DNA of 22,877 nucleotides from a candidate division WOR-3 bacterium (lineage in GTDB: Bacteria > Hydrothermota > Hydrothermia > JBDRYB01), in assembly GCA_049969615.1 (NCBI GenBank), contig JBMFOM010000020.1:1-22877 (forward strand), in the 5' to 3' direction. Each line of letters starts with the position of its first letter. Position 1 is the first letter of the stretch. Both the position numbers and the translations under genes were made by a program. Below are positions 16,851-22,877 of the stretch, piece after piece. The notes beneath the pieces were generated by a model. That model was not told where the DNA came from. It saw only the letters and a program-made list of their open reading frames with translations, and did not search any database.

Positions 16851-17229
16851 CACGCATCTTCTCGTAGGATTCCAGCAGGGCCAGGAGCGCACCCGCTTCA
16901 TTTTTGATGGTGCGCATCCACCCTTCAAGTCTTTCCCTGCCATCAGGCGTGATCTCATATAGCCTTCTGGCCGCGCCACGATCCGGAGTTTCCCACGACG
17001 AACGAACCAAGCCTTCTTCTTCCATACATCTCAGAGTCCTATAGACTCCCGGGGGATCATCTCTGTCACCGAATCCCTGCTGGTCCAAGAGTTCCAAGAG
17101 CCTGTACCCGTGGGTTGGGCCTTCCGCGAGGAGCAGAAGAAGAAGCCTCGGTTCAAGCCTCCTCTCCCTGAAACGGCAACATGCCCCATCTTCATGGTGA
17201 AAGCGTCTGTGTTTCCCTTTATGTGTCAT
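16843..17229 (-). CDS. PadR-family transcriptional regulator with a His/Cys-rich N-terminus
   Basis: LLLLAEGPTHGYRL, GVYRTLRCMEEEGLV, RRLYEITPDG. N-terminus THKGKHRRFHHEDGACC. Confidence 0.93.
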   Translation of the reverse strand: MTHKGKHRRFHHEDGACCRFRERRLEPRLLLLLLAEGPTHGYRLLELLDQQGFGDRDDPPGVYRTLRCMEEEGLVRSSWETPDRGAARRLYEITPDGRERLEGWMRTIKNEAGALLALLESYEKMRDG

Positions 17230-17239
17230 TAACAACTAG

Positions 17240-17269
17240 ATGATAAAGCTACCTGGTGGCGAAAAGCAA
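17240..17269 (-). promoter_or_regulatory. Putative promoter of the padR operon
   Basis: TTGCTT-N18-TATCAT, 10 nt before ATG 17229, with no SD. Confidence 0.5.
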
Positions 17270-17362
17270 CTGCTTTGTGTTCAATCTTTGGTAATGCAAA
17301 CTGTGACCTCGCGAAACCGCTGTTTAGCGCGACTTCAAGCAGAGTCAGGAACCGCGCGTTCC

Positions 17363-17392
17363 TTGATTTTCCTTGCCCTCCCGCGTTAAAAT
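17363..17392 (+). promoter_or_regulatory. alaS promoter, leaderless arrangement
   Basis: TTGATT-N18-TAAAAT, with an in-frame GTG at 17399 six nt downstream. Confidence 0.65.
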
Positions 17393-17398
17393 ATGAGA

Positions 17399-20050
17399 GT
17401 GAATTGGCCCGCAAGAAGGATTAGAGAGGAGTTTGTCCGGTTTTTCTCTGAACGCGGACACGAGGTTGTGCCATCATCCTCTCTGCTTCCGCCGGATGAA
17501 ACCCTTCTCTTCACAAATGCGGGAATGAACCAATTCAAATCTTATTTCATGGGCCTAGCGCCAGCGCCGTTCCCGAGGGCTGTTTCCGTTCAGAAGTGCA
17601 TGAGGGCTGGCGGTAAGCTCAATGACCTTGATCAGGTCGGTTTTACCCCAAGGCATCATACATTCTTTGAGATGCTCGGAAACTTCTCCTTTGGGGACTA
17701 TTTCAAGCGAGAGGCAATAGTCTGGGCATGGGAGCTGGTCAACCGTGTCTTCGGCATCCCTGCGGAAAGGCTCGTGGCAACGGTTTTCCGGGATGACGAT
17801 GAGGCCTATGGGGTGTGGCGGGACGAGGTTGGACTGCCGCGGGAGAGGATTTTCAGGCTTGATGAAAAGGACAATTTCTGGGAGATGGGGGATGTAGGTC
17901 CGGTGGGCTATTGCTCTGAGATTCACTATGATTTTGGCCCGGAATCTGATCCATCCCAGTCCGATCCGGGCCAGGCCGGCAATCGTTTTCTTGAGCTCTG
18001 GAATCTTGTTTTCATGCAGTTCTTCAAGGATGAATCCGGCTCCCTCACCCATCTGCCCAGAACAAACATAGACACTGGAGCTGGCCTTGAGCGCATAGCC
18101 TCAGTCCTGCAGGGTGTCAACTCTAACTACGAGACCGACCTGTTTTCGCCCATAATAGAAGCAATTGAGGACCTCACCGGCATCAAGCGCGAACCTGCTC
18201 ACCGGGTCATGGCTGACCATTCCAGGGCGTTGGTCTTCTGCATAGCCGACGGAATTTATCCATCAAACTATGGTAGGGGATATGTCCTCAGGCGTATCCT
18301 CAGGAGGGCCCACTCATTTGCCCAGAGAATAGGCGTCTCGGAACCCTTGCTCAACAAACTTGTCCCGACCATAGTTGACCTGATGGGCGAGACGTATCCT
18401 GCGGTAGCGGAGAAATCCCGCGAGATAGCCGAGATAATAAGGGCCGAGGAGGACAGGTTCCTAAAGGGAATCACTAGGTCAATGCCGCGGATAATGGAGG
18501 TCCTGGACAGGTCTGCTGAGTCCGGAATCGTCTCCGGCCAAGAGGCCTTCACTTTGTATGATACATACGGCGTGCCTCTTGATCTCATTGAGGACTACGC
18601 TAGACAATCCGGGCTTTCTGTTGATTGGGAGGGTTTCCACGAGAGCCTCCGGGAACAGAGGTCAAGGGCAAGGGAGTCATCCGGGTTCAAGCTTCGTCTT
18701 CCCAAATGGGAATTCATCTCGGATGAGCCACAGACATTCGTCGGATACGAGGCCCTTGAGGCCGAAACCCAACCCCTGGCTTTTGCCAATGGGGAAAAAG
18801 GGGCCTTCCTGGCCTTGGCAAAAAACCCGTTCTACGCGGAGTCCGGAGGTCAGCTCCCCGACCGTGGCATTGTTCTTGGCAATAGCTTTGAATTTCTGGT
18901 TGAGGATGTCCAAAACATTGGCGGAATGGCTGTCCTAGTTGGCAAGGCAAAAGGCTCTCCATCCCCGGGGATGAATCTCACGGCCAAGGTTGATCGCAAG
19001 CGGCGCAAAGCCCTTGCCCGCGCGCACACGGGAACCCACCTACTGCACGCGGCCCTCCGTGAAATAATTGGGGAATCCGCCCTGCAGAGAGGTTCTCTGG
19101 TGGATGAGGACAGGCTAAGATTTGACTTCTCCTGCCACAGGGCGCTGGAGCCAAAAGAGATCGTGGCCATAGAGCGTCTAGTCAACGAAAAGGTCCTTGA
19201 AAACATCCCTCTCATTGTCAGACAGATGACATACGAGGCCGCCAGGCAAGAGGGGGCGGTAGCTCTCTTTGAGGGGAAATACGGCGGAGTGGTCAGGGTC
19301 GTTGAGGTTCCCGGCTTCTCGCGGGAGCTATGTGGCGGGACACACTTATCATTCACTGGAGAGGTTGGTTTGTTCAGGGTCATCTCCGAGGAGGCTGTCG
19401 CGGCCGGCGTAAGGAGGATAGAGGCCTTTGTGGGAATGAGGGCGTGGGATCTTGCGCGCGAGGAACACGATACCATATCGTTGATACGTGGCATAATGGG
19501 TGCCGGGAGCCGTGATTTGCTGGTCAAGACCATCAAGGATGCCATTGACCGGCTCACCGCGCTTGAGAGAGCGCTCCAGGGTGTCAGGGAACAGCTTGCC
19601 GGGCAAATAGGTTTAACCCTTTCTCAGGACATTAAGGCTGGCCGAGCGACCAGCATTCAATTCATGGGAATTGAAGCCAGGTCCGAGATCGCGAACATAG
19701 GTGATGTTCAATCTGCCTTCATACTGGTTATGGGAATGGATATGGAAATGTTGAAGCTGGTGGCTGACAGGATCCGCGATCGCATCCGCATGCTCGGCGC
19801 GATCGTGCTCTGCGGTACCAGTGGTGAGAACCTTTACATCTTTGCAAGAAGCGATGACGATAAAATAGACGCGGGGCACCTTGTTCGCGAGGTAGCGACC
19901 CTGGCTGGTGGCAACGGCGGCGGAAACAAAAAGGTTGGTCAGGGCGGAGCCCGGCTGGAACCAGGAGCAAAAGGCGAGGCCCTGGTTAGGGCCTGGAGGA
20001 CCTGGATAAAGGAGATAACGAGGTCTTTTTCAATAAAAGATGAGGCGTGA
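17399..20050 (+). CDS. alaS: Alanine--tRNA ligase
   Basis: LLFTNAGMNQFK, HHTFFEMLGNFSFGDYFK, ELWNLVFMQ, IDTGAGLER, GRGYVLRRILRRA, FYAESGGQ, editing-site HTGTH/ELCGGTH, and C-Ala GGNGGG. Start is GTG 17399 or ATG 17393. Confidence 0.98.
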   Translation: MNWPARRIREEFVRFFSERGHEVVPSSSLLPPDETLLFTNAGMNQFKSYFMGLAPAPFPRAVSVQKCMRAGGKLNDLDQVGFTPRHHTFFEMLGNFSFGDYFKREAIVWAWELVNRVFGIPAERLVATVFRDDDEAYGVWRDEVGLPRERIFRLDEKDNFWEMGDVGPVGYCSEIHYDFGPESDPSQSDPGQAGNRFLELWNLVFMQFFKDESGSLTHLPRTNIDTGAGLERIASVLQGVNSNYETDLFSPIIEAIEDLTGIKREPAHRVMADHSRALVFCIADGIYPSNYGRGYVLRRILRRAHSFAQRIGVSEPLLNKLVPTIVDLMGETYPAVAEKSREIAEIIRAEEDRFLKGITRSMPRIMEVLDRSAESGIVSGQEAFTLYDTYGVPLDLIEDYARQSGLSVDWEGFHESLREQRSRARESSGFKLRLPKWEFISDEPQTFVGYEALEAETQPLAFANGEKGAFLALAKNPFYAESGGQLPDRGIVLGNSFEFLVEDVQNIGGMAVLVGKAKGSPSPGMNLTAKVDRKRRKALARAHTGTHLLHAALREIIGESALQRGSLVDEDRLRFDFSCHRALEPKEIVAIERLVNEKVLENIPLIVRQMTYEAARQEGAVALFEGKYGGVVRVVEVPGFSRELCGGTHLSFTGEVGLFRVISEEAVAAGVRRIEAFVGMRAWDLAREEHDTISLIRGIMGAGSRDLLVKTIKDAIDRLTALERALQGVREQLAGQIGLTLSQDIKAGRATSIQFMGIEARSEIANIGDVQSAFILVMGMDMEMLKLVADRIRDRIRMLGAIVLCGTSGENLYIFARSDDDKIDAGHLVREVATLAGGNGGGNKKVGQGGARLEPGAKGEALVRAWRTWIKEITRSFSIKDEA

Positions 20051-20056
20051 ACTGAT

Positions 20057-20986
20057 ATGGCTAATTTCCTTGCAATACTTATAAATTCAATAAAAAACCA
20101 GGAGAGTGCGAAGCACCTCTTCATGGGCGAGTATGGGGTTGTCATAGCCATATTCAGGAAGGGTGTCCTGAACTGGGTTGAGAGCACCTGGGGCATGGGA
20201 TTCTCGGAGCTCAAGAGGGCAGTGATGTGGGGTGGCGGACGCTATGCATCCAAGTCTGTCCCAATTGAGGACATGAACAAGAAGAATGTTGATATACCAC
20301 CCAGGGAGCTCCTCAGCACCCTCTTGACATGGGAGACAGAGATGCTTTGCTTACCATCTGTCCAGGAACAGAACACCCAAAATCTAACACGGGGCCTTCT
20401 TGAGTCAATATACAACCTCGCGCCCGGCGAGCTCAAGGCTGTTGAGGGGCCATCTGGCGGACCGGGGGTCCTTCACGCTGTTAAGGAAATATCTGCATCA
20501 AGGTTCACGGGATACCTGCGTCTGGTGGGCGCGCACAAGGGACTCATTTTTCTCGTTGGAGGCAGAAACATTACTTGCTTTGTGCTGACTGGTGATTCGT
20601 CATTTCTTCTGGGCACAAGTGCCCTGAACTGGTTGGCACAGCAGGTTGGCGTCCAGTATGAAAAGATCAAGTGCGACCTCTTCACGACCGTCTGTCTGAC
20701 CACGCCATTCCTGCAACACACTGTTGGTCATGTCAATCCGGATGAGCTTGAGGACTTCATAAAGAGGACCCAGACCGACATTTCCGGGAATTATTTAATA
20801 CATTTGCACATGGGCGAGGCACACGCTATTGGACTGATATACCGAGGGGTATATGCTGGGACCCTTGCCAAAAAGAAAGGCGAGGAAAGGGCCTCACTGA
20901 TGCCCCTCGCGGTTATCCTGCGCCTCGCGATGCTCCCGGGCGCGCAGGTTGACTATTACAGATACAAGATTCCGGTGGTCAAATAG
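20057..20986 (+). CDS. Hypothetical protein with DUF4388/DUF2226-like repeated beta modules
   Basis: 309-aa ORF 6 nt after alaS. 'RFTGYLRL...GLIFLVGG' and 'SGNYLIHL...GLIYRG' resemble the 'TGxLxl...GxIxfxxG' signature. The family call is tentative. Confidence 0.55.
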   Translation: MANFLAILINSIKNQESAKHLFMGEYGVVIAIFRKGVLNWVESTWGMGFSELKRAVMWGGGRYASKSVPIEDMNKKNVDIPPRELLSTLLTWETEMLCLPSVQEQNTQNLTRGLLESIYNLAPGELKAVEGPSGGPGVLHAVKEISASRFTGYLRLVGAHKGLIFLVGGRNITCFVLTGDSSFLLGTSALNWLAQQVGVQYEKIKCDLFTTVCLTTPFLQHTVGHVNPDELEDFIKRTQTDISGNYLIHLHMGEAHAIGLIYRGVYAGTLAKKKGEERASLMPLAVILRLAMLPGAQVDYYRYKIPVVK

Positions 20987-21008
20987 TCGCGCGCTCTCTG
21001 ATAATGCC

Positions 21009-22733
21009 CTATTCCACAATAGCCTTCATTACTACCCTTGAGGCCCCTGATCTCGTTTCCAGGAAATAGACCCCTGGTTTCGCGGGGAAGAACAACCGGT
21101 GCTCTCCTGGAGTCATATCGTCCTTTTCGTCAATCAATATGAGCCTGCCGATTGGGTCATATAGCCTGAAGATTACATCCGAGGCCATCGGAAGACTGAG
21201 GAACACACGGATCTCTCCCCTGCATGGGTTCTGCACCAACTTAACTATCGGGTTTGGCCTGGGTTTGCCCTCGGATGAGCCAAGGGTGTGATAAAACTCA
21301 AGCATCACAGGTTGCCAGGTTAGCTCTATCTCAACCGAATCAGAGAACGGGAGGTTGATGGGGTTCCCCAGGTAATCGTAGAGGGTGGCGGATTGGGTTC
21401 CTGGTGGCGTCGGTATCCTGATAGTGTCGGTTATCCCTGAGTCTGCCCAGGCCGAGACAAGCGTGTAGTTAGGCAGACTGTCAGATGTGAACCAGAAGAG
21501 ATATGAATGGGAAACCGTGTCTGACCCGGTGAACCCGAAGCCGGTCTGCTCGTTTATCTTGCCGGCTATGAAGGCGAAGGAGGTTTTGGCTTCAAGGGGT
21601 TTGGGGTTCCATGGGTCCGTATCATCATAAAGCGGAGGATTCCCGTCCCCTAACCCCCTTATTGGGAACATGGGAGAGTAGCAGACCCATTCAACCCCAG
21701 ATGAGAAGGCATTTATCATCTTCTTCCATGTCCGCGCCGCTACCTCTGGCTCAGGGATAATCCACCAGGGTCTGATATTGTCGTGCCCCAGCTCCGTCCA
21801 CCAAAATGGCAGGTGATAACCCTCCATAGCAAGGTGCCTATTCTCATAGTCCCTGAGAATCGGACTCGTTTCCCAGTTCTCATAGTCGTGAAAGCCCCAC
21901 TTATCATAAAGCCAAGCGTGGGAATAGGCGTAGTTGACGAAATTTATCTGCCAGTTCTTCTTATAAGATGTATCCAGGCAGCTCTTGATATAACCCCATC
22001 CCCACCATCCAAAGTCCGTGTATTTTATGTGAGAGTTGCAGAATTTGACTATCTCTGTCGTATCAACCCCGGAATCAACCATCTCCTTTATAACCGCCCA
22101 GGCTATGCTGTATCCGGTCATGGATGGGCCAACTATGACGGCATTGGGATTTGCAGTTCGCACAGCCCGGACAAAGGTCGGCACGAAAAGGTCAAAATAG
22201 GTCTCCTTTGTCCCATACCAGTATCCCCAATGATCCGGCTCAGGCACTAACTCCCAGTATCTAACCTCGGGCAGGAACTGTCCGGGCCTCTTTGGGTCAG
22301 GGGTGTTACCGTCATACCTTGAAACAAGCGCATAGACGAAATTATACCAGGCGCGGTAGTCCTGGGGAGGAAATGAGGCTTTGAACCAGTTGTATCCCAG
22401 TGAGTCCACAGCGGGTATGTGGGTAGAATCAACCCACTTGCAATAGTAGAGCGAATTACCAACCCACTCAGGAGAGCCCGTGGTCACCGTGAGCATGATG
22501 TTGAAACCGTTCGTGTCTGCCCATCTTATCCAGTCGTCTTGTTCGTCCCAATAAAAGCTGTCCAGGGAAGTGGGTTGAATGCTTCCCCAGTGGGCTCCTC
22601 CATCGCCCTGCCACATCCTCACCCATTTCGCGCCCGTTGAGCACACCGAGGCCACATCGTGCCGATGATAAGCCATCGCATATGGGTTGGCCTCTGTCTC
22701 AGGTATAAAGGCTAAAAGCAAAGGTATCATCAT
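21009..22733 (-). CDS. Exported GH39-like glycoside hydrolase with T9SS/FlgD-like C-terminal domain
   Basis: GAKWVR...WGSIQP, WELVPEPD, AVRTANPNAVIVGP, GFHDY, WWTELG. Tail QNP...FRLYDPIGR...GEHRL...PGVYFL...KAIVE. Start placed at ATG 22733 from promoter geometry. Confidence 0.8.
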   Translation of the reverse strand: MMIPLLLAFIPETEANPYAMAYHRHDVASVCSTGAKWVRMWQGDGGAHWGSIQPTSLDSFYWDEQDDWIRWADTNGFNIMLTVTTGSPEWVGNSLYYCKWVDSTHIPAVDSLGYNWFKASFPPQDYRAWYNFVYALVSRYDGNTPDPKRPGQFLPEVRYWELVPEPDHWGYWYGTKETYFDLFVPTFVRAVRTANPNAVIVGPSMTGYSIAWAVIKEMVDSGVDTTEIVKFCNSHIKYTDFGWWGWGYIKSCLDTSYKKNWQINFVNYAYSHAWLYDKWGFHDYENWETSPILRDYENRHLAMEGYHLPFWWTELGHDNIRPWWIIPEPEVAARTWKKMINAFSSGVEWVCYSPMFPIRGLGDGNPPLYDDTDPWNPKPLEAKTSFAFIAGKINEQTGFGFTGSDTVSHSYLFWFTSDSLPNYTLVSAWADSGITDTIRIPTPPGTQSATLYDYLGNPINLPFSDSVEIELTWQPVMLEFYHTLGSSEGKPRPNPIVKLVQNPCRGEIRVFLSLPMASDVIFRLYDPIGRLILIDEKDDMTPGEHRLFFPAKPGVYFLETRSGASRVVMKAIVE

Positions 22734-22739
22734 AGGCAA

Positions 22740-22768
22740 ATTATACCAAAAAATCATCGGCCCTTCAA
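22740..22768 (-). promoter_or_regulatory. sigma70-type promoter, leaderless arrangement
   Basis: TTGAAG-N17-TATAAT, with ATG 22733 six nt downstream. Confidence 0.7.
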
Positions 22769-22877
22769 CCCCTCCTAAGTCCTTGTCCATCAAGGAGTTC
22801 GGCGAAAGTTCCGATGGCTCTAGGACTTAGCGAGGCAGGATCGGGGAATTGCCTTATTTTATCAGCGAAATGCGGAA

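Noticed and set aside
1..22877. CRISPR array, tRNA, rRNA or diversity-generating retroelement
   Set aside because: No regularly spaced repeats or cloverleaf found. The 72-bp repeat mismatches are not at adenines, and no reverse transcriptase is present.

Overview
A 22.9-kb bacterial chromosomal window of moderate GC content. Gene content and protein style suggest an FCB-adjacent, WOR-3-like lineage (inference only). It carries housekeeping genes (infC, RNase HI, rpoZ, coaBC, family-4 UDG, alaS) and, at both ends, exported proteins: an LVIVD beta-propeller and two clan GH-A-like glycoside hydrolases, with T9SS/FlgD-like C-terminal tails on three proteins. It also holds a CPBP-like/TPR/B12-radical-SAM cluster, a Roadblock-RsbW-RsbU operon with no STAS gene, and a small accessory patch between udg and alaS (IS1634 remnant, nitrilase-family gene, PadR plus Cys/His/Met-rich small proteins). 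Less obvious signals: (1) a diverged ~105-bp non-coding element present twice at convergent gene junctions; (2) four genes whose start codon lies exactly 6 nt after a TAnAAT box (leaderless mRNAs), alongside an AUG-initiated, orphan infC; (3) very short, charge-less N-terminal export peptides, with strong enrichment of the D-(S/T)-x O-glycosylation motif in exported proteins; (4) a gene broken by a perfect 10-bp tandem duplication. I found no rRNA, tRNA or CRISPR array. All counts and alignments were done by hand.
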